Position numbers and translations under genes: made by a program | Part shown: in pieces, positions 1 to 9,273 of the stretch | How the letters are laid out: each line of letters starts with the position of its first letter | Numbering within the stretch: the stretch's first letter is position 1 | NCBI GenBank assembly: GCA_031405895.1 | Contig: JANOFL010000142.1 | Coordinates: forward strand, 202-64,201 | Source: Planctomycetota bacterium | GTDB taxonomy: Bacteria > Planctomycetota > Planctomycetia > Pirellulales > Pirellulaceae | Direction: 5' to 3' | DNA length: 64,000 bases | The notes under the pieces: generated by a model | Seen by the model: the letters and a program-made list of their open reading frames with translations, nothing else | The model's database searches: none | What the model was told of the DNA's origin: nothing

Positions 1-917
1 GCGTCAAAGGTCGCACCTGCCACCAAATCAAGATTGCTATCTCGCATGCCGGTGAGGCTCGGCAGGAGCACCTCGTTGCCCGACCGAACCTTGAACTCCA
101 CGCCTACTGCATCCTGTAAACTGGAAAGTTCATAGCTGGCCCTTTCCAAGTCGAAGAGCGTTCGTGCACCAACCTGAGCGTTCGTTTTTGTAATCGCAGT
201 CAGGTTTTGCAGATTAATGTCGCCACCAGTGTGAATCCAGAACCTCAATGTATCGTTGCCTTGTGCTCCGTCGATCGACTGCGTACCTGATAGATCAATC
301 ACCCCTCCCTGTCCGGCTTCGACGGTGTGAACATGAGAGTCGTTATTGATGTCACCGTTCGAGTCGAATGATGTTAAATCGCTTAAGTTCAGCTGCGATC
401 CACTGCCCAAACTGGAAATAAATGTCCGGCCATACCAACGGTTATTGACATAACTATTGGCGGCAATGGAAAGCACTGCGCCATTTGATGCGTGCAACTC
501 GGGACTGGGTTGGAACACGGTTAAAGCCGATGTCGCCGTGAAATTGCTTCCGACTCCGTTGGCGGTGACGATACCGGCGACAAGCGTGAAGCCGGAGACA
601 TGGAGCGAATGGCCGCCGGCGATGTTGATTTTGCCAGTGTCTTGGAGGTTCAGGCCTGAAATCGTGCTATTGGCCCCAATGTCGAACTCGATGGTCCGAC
701 CGGCGGGGACGATCACGTTGTAAGTGTTTGGGCCATTGTTGATCGGGACGACTCCAATGTCCCAGTTGGCGGGGTTGGACCAGTTGCCGGTGGCCGGGCC
801 GATCCAGGTAGCAGTGGTCTGGGCGGAGGCGTCGACCGATGCCAAAGCGACCACCAAGCCAGCCAGTGCCGACAGGATTGGGAATTTCTGGATCCTGGGC
901 AGATTGATCGTGCGCAT
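1..917 (-). CDS. Secreted autotransporter-like beta-helix repeat protein, N-terminal part (3' end runs off the window start)
   Basis: Absent from the ORF track because it has no stop in the window. Reverse-strand translation from ATG 917-915 gives MRTINLPRIQKFPILSALAGLVVALASVDASAQTTATWIGPATGNWSNPANWDIGVVP... This is a signal peptide followed by a W..G...NW....NW opening like that of the proteins at 40249-42858 and 51199-53271. Confidence 0.7.
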   Translation of the reverse strand, partial: MRTINLPRIQKFPILSALAGLVVALASVDASAQTTATWIGPATGNWSNPANWDIGVVPINNGPNTYNVIVPAGRTIEFDIGANSTISGLNLQDTGKINIAGGHSLHVSGFTLVAGIVTANGVGSNFTATSALTVFQPSPELHASNGAVLSIAANSYVNNRWYGRTFISSLGSGSQLNLSDLTSFDSNGDINNDSHVHTVEAGQGGVIDLSGTQSIDGAQGNDTLRFWIHTGGDINLQNLTAITKTNAQVGARTLFDLERASYELSSLQDAVGVEFKVRSGNEVLLPSLTGMRDSNLDLVAGATFD

Positions 918-1421
918 AGATGCGTTTGTTGGCGACGATTCGCAATGCTCTCTGACTGGACAGGAACGGGTCGTTCCGGTGCGGGGTGACTGAATCATGA
1001 TGGCGGGTCCTGAATTGTGTTGCGGGGCAGTCGACATCGGAGAATGGCCGGCTCCCGACATGAGCCGCGTTAAGGCTGCAAGGCAGCGGTTGCGCGGCGG
1101 AGTTGGCCAGTTCTGACGTTGGTTGATCCGGCAAGCCGGCGGGAATCCCTTGGCAGGATGGAACAGATTTCAGGGTATTTCTGGTGGGCAGCCTGAGAGC
1201 TTTGGGGGAGCCACGGGAAAACCAGTGACCAAACCGTGAATCCGTTTTGTTTTGGTCGGCGATCTGGTCAGAGTTGGCGGATTAATTGGTGTGGGAGTTG
1301 ATTGCGGGAGTGCGGGAGACGGTTCAGAATCCGGCTGGTATGGGGTTCCGGAGGAGAGTCCCGGCAAAGTAAGCAATCATTCGGTCACGTCAGGGCGAAA
1401 GCCTGTCCCACATTGCGCGGT

Positions 1422-1492
1422 CGCCCCTCACCCCCCCGGCCCCCTCTCCCCGTTCCCCGCTCAAGGCAGCGGGAAACGGGGAGAGGGGGAGA
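1422..1492. repeat. Palindromic REP-like element, family A (CCCCTCTCCCC...GGGGAGAGGGGG hairpin)
   Basis: The sequence cgcccctcacccccccggccccctctccccgttccccgctcaaggcagcgggaaacggggagagggggag has long complementary arms. Related copies are at 4237-4293 and 7185-7234. Confidence 0.8.
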
Positions 1493-1580
1493 AACAGAAG
1501 GTGTGTGGGACGGGTTTGAGTTTGGAAGTACTGACTGTCCTGCCCGAAGTGTTCCTGTTCAGCCTGAAAAGTCACGAGCG

Positions 1581-3938
1581 ATGACGGCAGCAGACTCAGA
1601 AACGACAGGCGACCAGGGTGACCGGGACCAGGCATGTAGCCCTGCCGGGACAGATGGGGCCGGTGTCGCGGGTAGGGTGGGGCCGGAAAAGGCAGAAAAC
1701 TGCTGTGAGCTGGGCCTTGATGCCTGGCAGCGGAGGGCGGCGGAAGAAGGGTTTCTGGACTGCGGGGAGGGCGGGGTGGATGGTGCGATTCGTACTATGC
1801 CCAGCGCTGGCAACGAAGGCGTCGGACCACGGAGTGATCCGCGACTGTCGCTGACCACTCTGTGGTCAGATCTGTCCGATCGGAATGCGAATGCCGGTGC
1901 CCACGAGCCGGCTGCGTCAGAAAAAGCAAACCTGGTGGCCGGCCAAGAAACCACGCTGGAGCCGGGGGAGACGGTTTCAGGAAAGGAGGCGGGCGACTGG
2001 GCGGGAAAGAAGATTGGGGCGTTTACGCTCGGCAGGCGGATTGGCGGCGGCGGGGGAGGGGTGGTTTACGAAGCAGTCCAGGGGGCACCAGTTGAACGGA
2101 GAGTCGCGGTCAAGTTGCTGAACCAGCCGGTGGGGCTGGATGGACGGCGATGGGAAACCGAGGCTCAGGCGATGGGGGCGGTGCAGCATCCGAATCTGAT
2201 CTCGATCATTGACGCGGGAGTGACCAGCGAAGGACTGCCGTATCTGGTGATGCCGCTGGTCGATGGGGTCAGGATTGATTCCTGGGTTGAATCGGGAAAG
2301 ACCGCGCCGCGCGAAATTGCGCGCGTGATGCTGGAGGTGGCGCGGGGAGTCGCACATGCCCACGAGCGAAATATCCTCCATCGCGATCTGAAGCCGGGGA
2401 ACGTGCTTGTGACGGCCGACGGGATGCCGGTCGTAACCGATTTTGGTTTGGCCAAGTGGCTGGAGGCGGATCCCGACAAGTCGGCCACTCAGAGTGGCGC
2501 GACGATGGGGTCGATCGGCTTTCTCGCACCGGAACAGGTGTTGTCGTCCAGCGTCGCCGCGACGCCCGCGGTCGATGTTTACGGCTGGGGAGCGACGCTT
2601 TACCGTTTGCTGACCGGAACCCCGCCGACCCGGACGGAGAACTGGGCCGTTTGCATGGACGACTTGCGGAATCGCGAGCCGACGATGGTTCGGCGGCTCC
2701 GGCCAGGCGTGCCGCGCGACCTGGAATCGGTCTGCCTGAAGTGTCTCGAAAAGAACCCGGTTCGCCGGTATCCGTCCATGGCCGCCGTGGTCGAGGACGT
2801 GGAGCGGTTTCTCGCCGGCCAACCTGTGATCGCCCGGCCGGTGGGACGAAGACAACGGCTGTGGCGCTGGGCATTGCGCGAGCCGGTGGTGGCCGGATTG
2901 ACGGTGGCCATTTCAATGCTGCTGCTCGCCGGTTCGATTGTCTTCGGATGGCTTTGGCAGAACTCGGAGCAAAACCGCCGGCGAATCGACGACGACCTGG
3001 ACCGGGCGCTGGCCCTTTTGGAAGAGCAGGCGAGCAATGCACGCGAGATGCTGCAAACCGTGCCCAACGCGCTTGCTTTCCGCCAAAAACAGCTGGAGTC
3101 GACGATCAGGAATCTGCTGGAGTTGCGTGGCAAGAATCCGGGTGAAGAACAGATCGAACGGCACTTGGCGCGGAACTACTACCGGCTGGGAATGGTTTGC
3201 CACTATCAGCAGGACCTCGACGGCACCAATGCGAATCTGGCTGAGTCCGCGCGCCGCTATCGACAGCTGGTTGCCAAGTATCCCCATGACGAAGAGGCAA
3301 GTTTTGGTTTGTTCCACACGCTGAAGGCAACTCCACAGAACAACTGGAAATCCTGGGAGGCAGGCGACGAAGCACCTTTCATTCGCGAGTCGTTGCCGAT
3401 CATCGAGCAGTTGGCAGTCCGCCATCCGATGAACCCCGATTATCAGGACGCGCTGGCGGCATCGTTGGCCGAGGTCGCGAAGCTCGAGGCGCTGGATGGC
3501 GAAAAGGTCAAGGCGCGACAAATGTACGAACGGTCGATAGCGATCGCCCGCAAGCTAACGGCCGAATTCCCGGACCGGCCGATGTTTCAAAAACACATCG
3601 CGTCGGGGCTTTGGGGCCTTGCGAACCTTGAGATCGAATCCAACCGACTTGATCGCGCGAAGGAACAAATTGCCGAAGCGGTAACAGTCTGGCGGAAGCT
3701 CGCCGCTGCGACGCCCGACATCATCGACAACCGGCGGTTTCTCGGCGTGTTCATCGCCTTTGCGGCCCGAGTGGAAGTGTTGCGGGGTAATCGCGTGGAA
3801 GCCGCCAAGTTGCAGAGCGAGGCTGTGGGAATCCTCGACCGGGCCACGGCCGACTACCCGGACTGGGTGGCGTTTCAGGATTCACGCGATGCGATTGTCG
3901 CTTCCTTTGCGCGGTTTCTGGCGGGAGGGCGGGAATAA
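1581..3938 (+). CDS. Ser/Thr protein kinase with transmembrane segment and C-terminal TPR-like repeats
   Basis: Track ORF 1302..3938. I moved the start to ATG 1581 (MTAADSE) because the upstream extension reads through repeat 1422-1492. Kinase motifs present: GGGGGGVVYEA..VAVKLL, HRDLKPGNVL, DFGLAK, LAPE. A hydrophobic span (VVAGLTVAISMLLLAGSIVFGWLW) follows, then helical repeats. Confidence 0.85.
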   Translation: MTAADSETTGDQGDRDQACSPAGTDGAGVAGRVGPEKAENCCELGLDAWQRRAAEEGFLDCGEGGVDGAIRTMPSAGNEGVGPRSDPRLSLTTLWSDLSDRNANAGAHEPAASEKANLVAGQETTLEPGETVSGKEAGDWAGKKIGAFTLGRRIGGGGGGVVYEAVQGAPVERRVAVKLLNQPVGLDGRRWETEAQAMGAVQHPNLISIIDAGVTSEGLPYLVMPLVDGVRIDSWVESGKTAPREIARVMLEVARGVAHAHERNILHRDLKPGNVLVTADGMPVVTDFGLAKWLEADPDKSATQSGATMGSIGFLAPEQVLSSSVAATPAVDVYGWGATLYRLLTGTPPTRTENWAVCMDDLRNREPTMVRRLRPGVPRDLESVCLKCLEKNPVRRYPSMAAVVEDVERFLAGQPVIARPVGRRQRLWRWALREPVVAGLTVAISMLLLAGSIVFGWLWQNSEQNRRRIDDDLDRALALLEEQASNAREMLQTVPNALAFRQKQLESTIRNLLELRGKNPGEEQIERHLARNYYRLGMVCHYQQDLDGTNANLAESARRYRQLVAKYPHDEEASFGLFHTLKATPQNNWKSWEAGDEAPFIRESLPIIEQLAVRHPMNPDYQDALAASLAEVAKLEALDGEKVKARQMYERSIAIARKLTAEFPDRPMFQKHIASGLWGLANLEIESNRLDRAKEQIAEAVTVWRKLAAATPDIIDNRRFLGVFIAFAARVEVLRGNRVEAAKLQSEAVGILDRATADYPDWVAFQDSRDAIVASFARFLAGGRE

Positions 3939-4236
3939 GCCCTTGGGGAATCAACATCGACAATGAATTGTCGCTGTTGGGAATCGCGAGTCTCATTGGG
4001 CGACTGCCGCGCAGCGGCCTCTTTGAAGCTTTGAGCCCAAGCCGCCAGCCGACATGGGCGGGGGACATTTCCGCGTCCATCAGGACGCAGCCTCTTTTTC
4101 CGGGCGCAGTCCCGGACAAGGCGTAGAGCCTCTGGTTGTCAGATGCGCGATTTTGGCGAGTCTCCTTTGGTTCGGGATTCGTCAGGTTTTTTATCCGTCC
4201 TGCATTCAGGAAACGAACGCCAACGCGAAGAAATTG

Positions 4237-4293
4237 CCTCCCCCTCGCCTCTCGTGGCCCGGTTCTTTCCGGGCCACGGGAGGAGAGGGGGAG
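4237..4293. repeat. Palindromic REP-like element, family A (opposite orientation)
   Basis: gcctccccctcgcctctcgtggcccggttctttccgggccacgggaggagagggggagcc has perfect inner arms GTGGCCCGG/CCGGGCCAC and outer CTCCCCCTC/GAGAGGGGGAG arms. Confidence 0.75.
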
Positions 4294-4482
4294 CCAGATT
4301 TTTGTCCGCGGTTGCGGGCGATGCCAGCCTTAAGAGAACAATCGGCGATTCTTGAAAAAAGCCTGGAGCATTCGGACTGGAAAGATCGCGTAAGGGGGCA
4401 GGAGTGGCATGTCCGGTCCATGCAGCGGCAAGTTACGGGACGCCACAAGTTCGGCCAAAATCGCCCTGCGGAGGTATTTCCC

Positions 4483-6543
4483 ATGCGACACAAGACAATT
4501 TTTCTGACGGCATTCGTGGCTGTGGCCACGATTGGCATTCCCCTGTTTCAACCCGCTCTCCACGCCCAAACGGCGCGGGCTGACTTTAACGGCGATGGCC
4601 GGGAGGACCTCGCGATCGGTGTTCCCAACGAGAAAGTCGGCAACAAGAACGCGGCCGGAGCAGTTCACGTCCTCTACGGCTCAACCAGCGGCACGACGGC
4701 CACTGGCAGCCAGTTCTGGAGCCAGGATGGAACCGCGGTCAAGGATAGTCCCGACACCAACGATCACTTCGGCTCGGCCCTCGCGGCCGGTGACTTCAAC
4801 GGCGACGGTTTCGCCGACCTCGCCATCGGCGTGCCGGGCGAAGACGAGGGGCTGGACACCGACTGCGGTGCGGTCAACGTGTTGTATGGCAATTCCGATG
4901 GCCTGCGCGGCTTCAACGACCAGCTTTGGTCGCAGGGCACGCGGGGCATGAAAGGCTTCAAGCAGGACCTCGACGCCTTCGGCTCAGCCCTCGCGTCGGG
5001 CGACTTCAACGGGGATGGTTTCGATGACCTTGCGGTCGGCGTGCCGCTTGAGGATTCCTTCGTGTTTGACGTCCTTCCCAACTCGCGTTTTGTCAACGGT
5101 GGCTGCGTCAATGTGCTCTTCGGCACCGGCCGCGGACTCGACTCCGTCGCGATCACCGGCGACGAGCTGAACGACCAGGTGCTTCAAAACAACCTCGCGT
5201 TCCTGTCGATCAACGAAAACTTCGGGGCGAGCCTCGCGGCCGGCGATTTCAATCACGACGGGCGCGATGACCTGGCGATCGGCATTCCCGGCGACATCGT
5301 GGTCTCGGGAGTTTCCAACAGCGGTTCGGTGAACATCTACATGGGCACCGAGGAAGGTTTCCTCCCGGTCTCGCTGCCGCTCCCGACGCAGCGACACAAT
5401 GGCCCCGCCGTCAACAACATCCGCTTCGGAACAGCCCTCGCATCGGGCGACTTCAACGGCGACCTGTTCATCGACCTGGCGATCGGTTCGCCGTTTGAAT
5501 CGGTCGGCTCGACCACCCAGGCGGGCGTCGTCAAGGTCTTTCGCGGCAGTCTGAGCCTGCTCCAGCCGCTGGTCTCGCCCGTTACGATCAGCCAGCAATC
5601 CGCCTCGGTTCCCAACGTCTCGCAGTCCGGCGACGAATTTGGCGGAGCCTTGGCGGCCGGCGACTACAACGGCGACGGTTTTCAGGATTTGGCCGTCGGC
5701 GTCCCCGGCGAGAACATCGGCACGCTGAACAATTGCGGCGCGGTGAACCTCCTGTACGGCAAGGCCACCGGTCTCGACGGCATCGGTAGCACCGAATTCC
5801 ATGAAGACTCCTTTGCGACCGTAGGAGTAACCACTTTCGGCATAAGCGACATCGCCGAAGCCAACGACCAGTTCGGCCGAACCGCTTTCGCGGGCGACTT
5901 CAACAACGATGGCCGGGACGAACTCGTGATCGGCGTGCCGGGCGAAGCCAGCGGTTCGGGTGCCGTGCATGTCTTCCGCGGTGCCGGGCTGGGCATTTCC
6001 GTACTGAATTCGAACCAATACTGGACGCAAGGCTCGACGGGCATCGCCGGGGGAGTTGAAGCGGGCGACGCTTTTGGCGGTGGACTGCCCTACAGCCCGC
6101 GGCTCGGCCCAGGCGGCCCGGGATTCTCCGGCGTCTGGCAATCCGCGTCGTTCGACTTGCGACGCCGCCAGGACAGGTTTGATTCGCGGGTTCGCGGGGA
6201 GCTGGTCGTGTTCAACCCGGGTGGCGAGCCGGCGGCTGACTCGGTAGTCGAAATCTGGCTGTCGAATGACGACCAGATCTCGGCCGATGACACGCTGATC
6301 CATAGCGAGCGCCGCTTCAAAGCCCTCAAGCCAGGCGAAAGCCACGTGCTGAAGTTCACCGCAATCGTCCAGGGACAGAACGCCTACGGCAAGCGGCTGA
6401 TCGGCTCGCTCGACGCCACCAACGTGGTGGTTGAGGCCAACGAGGCCAACAACCACGTCGTTTCCGATCCGCTTCATCACCAGTTGTGGTACCTGCTCCA
6501 GGGTGCCTGGCAACTGCTCGGCAACCGGTTCGGCTGGCTGTGA
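4483..6543 (+). CDS. Secreted FG-GAP (integrin-alpha-like) repeat protein with C-terminal CARDB-like module
   Basis: Track ORF 4054..6543. Start moved to ATG 4483: MRHKTIFLTAFVAVATIGIPLFQPALHAQ looks like a signal peptide, GGAGG lies at 4470-4474, and the longer ORF reads through repeat 4237-4293. There are seven copies of the signature G.ALA.GDFNGDG..DLA.GVP. Confidence 0.85.
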   Translation: MRHKTIFLTAFVAVATIGIPLFQPALHAQTARADFNGDGREDLAIGVPNEKVGNKNAAGAVHVLYGSTSGTTATGSQFWSQDGTAVKDSPDTNDHFGSALAAGDFNGDGFADLAIGVPGEDEGLDTDCGAVNVLYGNSDGLRGFNDQLWSQGTRGMKGFKQDLDAFGSALASGDFNGDGFDDLAVGVPLEDSFVFDVLPNSRFVNGGCVNVLFGTGRGLDSVAITGDELNDQVLQNNLAFLSINENFGASLAAGDFNHDGRDDLAIGIPGDIVVSGVSNSGSVNIYMGTEEGFLPVSLPLPTQRHNGPAVNNIRFGTALASGDFNGDLFIDLAIGSPFESVGSTTQAGVVKVFRGSLSLLQPLVSPVTISQQSASVPNVSQSGDEFGGALAAGDYNGDGFQDLAVGVPGENIGTLNNCGAVNLLYGKATGLDGIGSTEFHEDSFATVGVTTFGISDIAEANDQFGRTAFAGDFNNDGRDELVIGVPGEASGSGAVHVFRGAGLGISVLNSNQYWTQGSTGIAGGVEAGDAFGGGLPYSPRLGPGGPGFSGVWQSASFDLRRRQDRFDSRVRGELVVFNPGGEPAADSVVEIWLSNDDQISADDTLIHSERRFKALKPGESHVLKFTAIVQGQNAYGKRLIGSLDATNVVVEANEANNHVVSDPLHHQLWYLLQGAWQLLGNRFGWL

Positions 6544-6575
6544 TCAACCATCGTCGGCGGTGATTTCAGATCAGG

Positions 6576-6607
6576 CCCCGGATTCGAAACGAATCCGGGG
6601 TTTTTTT
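6576..6607 (+). terminator. Rho-independent terminator after the FG-GAP gene
   Basis: Perfect 11-bp stem ccccggattcg / cgaatccgggg with loop aaa, followed by a run of 7 T (6601-6607). Confidence 0.8.
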
Positions 6608-6667
6608 GTTCCGCCGCACTTCCCAGGATTGCCATGCGACGTCAATCTCGGCCATCGGTTCAGCCGT

Positions 6668-8953
6668 TCAGGAAACGGACTTGAGCTTGTCGCGGAGCAG
6701 GCGGCGCATGACCTTGTTGCTGGCGGTGCGGGGGAGGTGGTCGACGGGGTGGATGGCGCGGACTTTGAAGAGCGGGTTGAGGTCGGATTTGAGGCGGGCA
6801 TTCATGGCGGCGAGAAGGGCGGCGGTTTCTGAAACGGTGGCACGTTGCAAACCTGCTCCACCCGGAACGACAGGCTGGAAGCCCATCCCACGGACAGGGA
6901 CGAAGAAAACGTGTAACTCCTCCGGGCCGCCGGAACCGGACCAGGCGACGGCGGCTGTTTCGTGGACTCCGGGGACCTGGTTGAGGACCCGTTCGAGTTC
7001 GGCCGAACTGGTTTTGATGCCGCCGAGGTTCATCGTGTCGTCAACCCGGCCGCCGGCGCAGAAATAGTTGCCAGGCAGGCGGCGGAAGTGGTCGCCGTGG
7101 CGGCGCAAGATGGGGAGCGCGAACGGGGAATCATATCGAGGAGCGCTTTCGGCGAGGTTGAGTGCGGGTTCGCTTCCGGCCGCCGGCCCCTCACCCCCCG
7201 GCCCCCTCTCCCCGAAGACGGGGCGAGGGGGAGATTTTTTGTTTTGGGCTGCTCCGCTGGCTGTGCCGCCGGGTGGGCAGGGTGGGGTGTCGGCGTAGTA
7301 GGTGGCGAAGTGGTCCCGGTTGAGGAGGCTGGTTGAGAGGCCGACGCAGGGCGGAATGATGAAGAGTTCGCCCTGGTCTGTCGGCTGGCCGGCTTCGTCA
7401 AGGATCACGAAATCGATGCCGGCGGCAGGGATCGAGAAAGCGGCGGGGACGTTGGGCAGGAGCAGCGTGGACGAGATGTAGCCACCACCGATCTCGGTGC
7501 CGCCACAGTACTCGATGACAGGTCGCATCCCGGCGAGACTCGCCAGGTAGAACATGTCGTCGGCCCGCGAGCTTTCGCCGGTCGAGCTGAAACAGTGAAT
7601 CCGCGACCAGTCGAAGCCTTCCATCGCGCGACTTTCGCGCCACGCCCGGACGATCGTCGGGACCACGCCGAGCATATTGACCTGGGCGTCCTCGACGAAC
7701 TGGCCAAAGCCGGCACCCATGGGGGCGTCTTCGAATAGCGCGATCGTGCCGCGATTGATCAGGGTCGCGAAGATCAGCCACGGGCCCATCATCCAGCCGA
7801 GGCTGGTCGGCCAGCAGCAAACATGACCCGGCCGGATGTCCTGATGGACCAGACCGTCGACGGCGCACTTGAGCGGCGTCAAATGCGTCCACGGGATGGC
7901 TTTCGGGTCGCCCGTCGTGCCGGACGAAAACAGAACGTTGATGATCTCGGTCGATTCAGCGGAATGCCAAGCGGAGTCGAAACTGCCGGCCGCGAGAAAA
8001 TCGCTCCAGCTCCGGTCGTTGGGCCGCAAGTCGATCGCCAGAGAGGGAAAGGTGGGAGGGAGGGGGTCAGACCCCAATTCGCTCCGAAGACTGCGCGAAT
8101 TGGCGTCAGACCCCGGCGCGTCGGCAATCACAATGGCGGGAAGGTCGGTAGCTTGCTGGACGCGCTGACCCAGCGGAAGCGTTTTGCCACCGCGCACCTG
8201 GACATCACAGGTGAAGACGGCCCGCGCGCTGGCGATTCGCAGGCGGCTGCCAATTTCGGGCGGGGCGAAACTGTCGGCGATCGAGACGACGCGGCAACCG
8301 GCGGCGAGGATGCCGAGATAGAGCGCGACGGTCGTCGGCGTGAGCGGCAGGACGACACCCAGCGCGTCGCCGGCCTCGAATCCGGCCGCCCGGATCGCGC
8401 CGACAATCTGGTTGACCTCGTCGCGCAGCGCGCTGACGGTCCAATGGCGGAGGGTGTTCCCAGGCCGTTGGGACACAATCGCGATCGAGTCGTCCGGTGC
8501 GAGGAAACAGCTGCGCGCAATGTTGAGCCTGGCACCGGGAAACCACTGCGCGCGGGTGCCGCGGAATTCGTCGATTAACGTGGTCGTGGCAGGTTTGTCG
8601 AAAACGATTCCGAGCCGGCTGGCGGCAGCGGTCCAAAACTGGTCGCGATGTGCAAGCGACCAGGCGCGGAAGGCTGCGAAATCCAGGTCGCCGCGTTTGC
8701 GCATCCAGGCGGCGAGCTGTGAGCTTTCGAGGGCGTCCTCATCGGGGAACCACATCGCCGCGGGAGTATCGGTCAGCACTCCCTTGACTTTTTGCGATTC
8801 GACCCACAAGGCGCGCCAGTGTTCGGGTGATAGCGAAAGGGTCTTCGCAGCTGACAGGACGGCTTGCCAGACTTCATCCGGATGATTCGCGCCAGACTCG
8901 CGGCGCAGGCATTCGATGAAGGCGACCGCGTCTGTTTCAGGGCCGAGTGTCAT
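6668..8953 (-). CDS. AMP-dependent synthetase/ligase (acetyl-/acetoacetyl-CoA synthetase-like) carrying two in-frame palindromic-element insertions
   Basis: 761-aa ORF with adenylate-forming motifs SSGTTGDPKAIPW, YCGGTEIGGGY, GRVDDTMNLGGIKTSSAELE and PRTASNKVMRRLLR. The peptides SDANSRSLRSELGSDP and KSPPRPVFGERGPGGEGP are translations of repeats 8062-8116 and 7185-7234. Confidence 0.85.
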   Translation of the reverse strand: MTLGPETDAVAFIECLRRESGANHPDEVWQAVLSAAKTLSLSPEHWRALWVESQKVKGVLTDTPAAMWFPDEDALESSQLAAWMRKRGDLDFAAFRAWSLAHRDQFWTAAASRLGIVFDKPATTTLIDEFRGTRAQWFPGARLNIARSCFLAPDDSIAIVSQRPGNTLRHWTVSALRDEVNQIVGAIRAAGFEAGDALGVVLPLTPTTVALYLGILAAGCRVVSIADSFAPPEIGSRLRIASARAVFTCDVQVRGGKTLPLGQRVQQATDLPAIVIADAPGSDANSRSLRSELGSDPLPPTFPSLAIDLRPNDRSWSDFLAAGSFDSAWHSAESTEIINVLFSSGTTGDPKAIPWTHLTPLKCAVDGLVHQDIRPGHVCCWPTSLGWMMGPWLIFATLINRGTIALFEDAPMGAGFGQFVEDAQVNMLGVVPTIVRAWRESRAMEGFDWSRIHCFSSTGESSRADDMFYLASLAGMRPVIEYCGGTEIGGGYISSTLLLPNVPAAFSIPAAGIDFVILDEAGQPTDQGELFIIPPCVGLSTSLLNRDHFATYYADTPPCPPGGTASGAAQNKKSPPRPVFGERGPGGEGPAAGSEPALNLAESAPRYDSPFALPILRRHGDHFRRLPGNYFCAGGRVDDTMNLGGIKTSSAELERVLNQVPGVHETAAVAWSGSGGPEELHVFFVPVRGMGFQPVVPGGAGLQRATVSETAALLAAMNARLKSDLNPLFKVRAIHPVDHLPRTASNKVMRRLLRDKLKSVS
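7185..7234. repeat. REP-like element family A inside the synthetase ORF
   Basis: ggcccctcaccccccggccccctctccccgaagacggggcgagggggaga shares its left part almost base for base with 1424-1452. The reading frame stays open across it. Confidence 0.8.
8062..8116. repeat. REP-like element family D (GGGTCAGACCCC...GGCGTCAGACCCC long hairpin) inside the synthetase ORF
   Basis: gggggtcagaccccaattcgctccgaagactgcgcgaattggcgtcagaccccgg has roughly 19-nt imperfect complementary arms. An inverted copy lies at 10904-10957. Confidence 0.8.
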
Positions 8954-9132
8954 CGCGGGTTCCGGTCGCGGCGGGGGGCGGCAAGAAACTTGCGGCCGAA
9001 CCAGAACCGGAGGGCGGCGAGCACCGCGATCATCACGACGATAGCGACCAGGTGAACAGGTTCGGAGAGGTAGTGGTCCAGCGTGTGCCCGTGACCGGGT
9101 TGCCCGTGGCCTTCGTGAAGAAAGGAGAGCAT
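8950..9132 (-). CDS. Small His-rich single-pass membrane protein (hypothetical)
   Basis: MLSFLHEGHGQPGHGHTLDHYLSEPVHLVAIVVMIAVLAALRFWFGRKF... Its stop overlaps the synthetase start in an ATGA junction at 8950-8953. I saw no clear Shine-Dalgarno sequence. The track ORF's TTG start at 9204 is not preferred. Confidence 0.35.
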   Translation of the reverse strand: MLSFLHEGHGQPGHGHTLDHYLSEPVHLVAIVVMIAVLAALRFWFGRKFLAAPRRDRNPR

Positions 9133-9192
9133 GACAGGATGGACAGGCCGGACAGGAAGATTGCCAAAAACGTTATTTCTGATCCATCGAAA

Positions 9193-9228
9193 CTGAAATC
9201 TCAAATCTCAAATTTGAAATCTCAGATC
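9193..9228. repeat. Short direct repeat AAATCTCA x3 around a TCAAATTTGA palindrome
   Basis: ctgaaatctcaaatctcaaatttgaaatctcagatc, in the gap between the mrp-like gene and the small ORF. Confidence 0.5.
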
Positions 9229-9273
9229 CTGTTTCCCCTATTTTGACACACCTTTCGCCTCATCCTTCTTCCC

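Noticed and set aside
1302-1580. N-terminal extensions of track ORFs (1302 for the kinase; likewise 4054-4482, 20161-20286, 22612-22674, 44073-44195, 49959-50315, 53786-53851, 63547-63651)
   Set aside because: The extensions are translated through palindromic repeat elements or lack coding character. Downstream ATGs give proper signal peptides or domain starts, often with a Shine-Dalgarno-like sequence.
3939-4035. Weak hairpin gccgc-gca-gcggc followed by ctctttgaagcttt, considered as a terminator for the first kinase gene
   Set aside because: The stem is only 5 bp and the T-tract is poor, so support is insufficient.
4984-6513. 509-aa minus-strand ORF, plus similar long antisense ORFs (1977-2855, 20443-21246, 35229-36056, 41530-42483, 58841-59689, 61035-61709, 54663-55424 and others)
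   Set aside because: Each lies opposite a gene with strong domain motifs. They have Arg/Gly/Asp/Val-rich low-information translations and no recognisable motifs.
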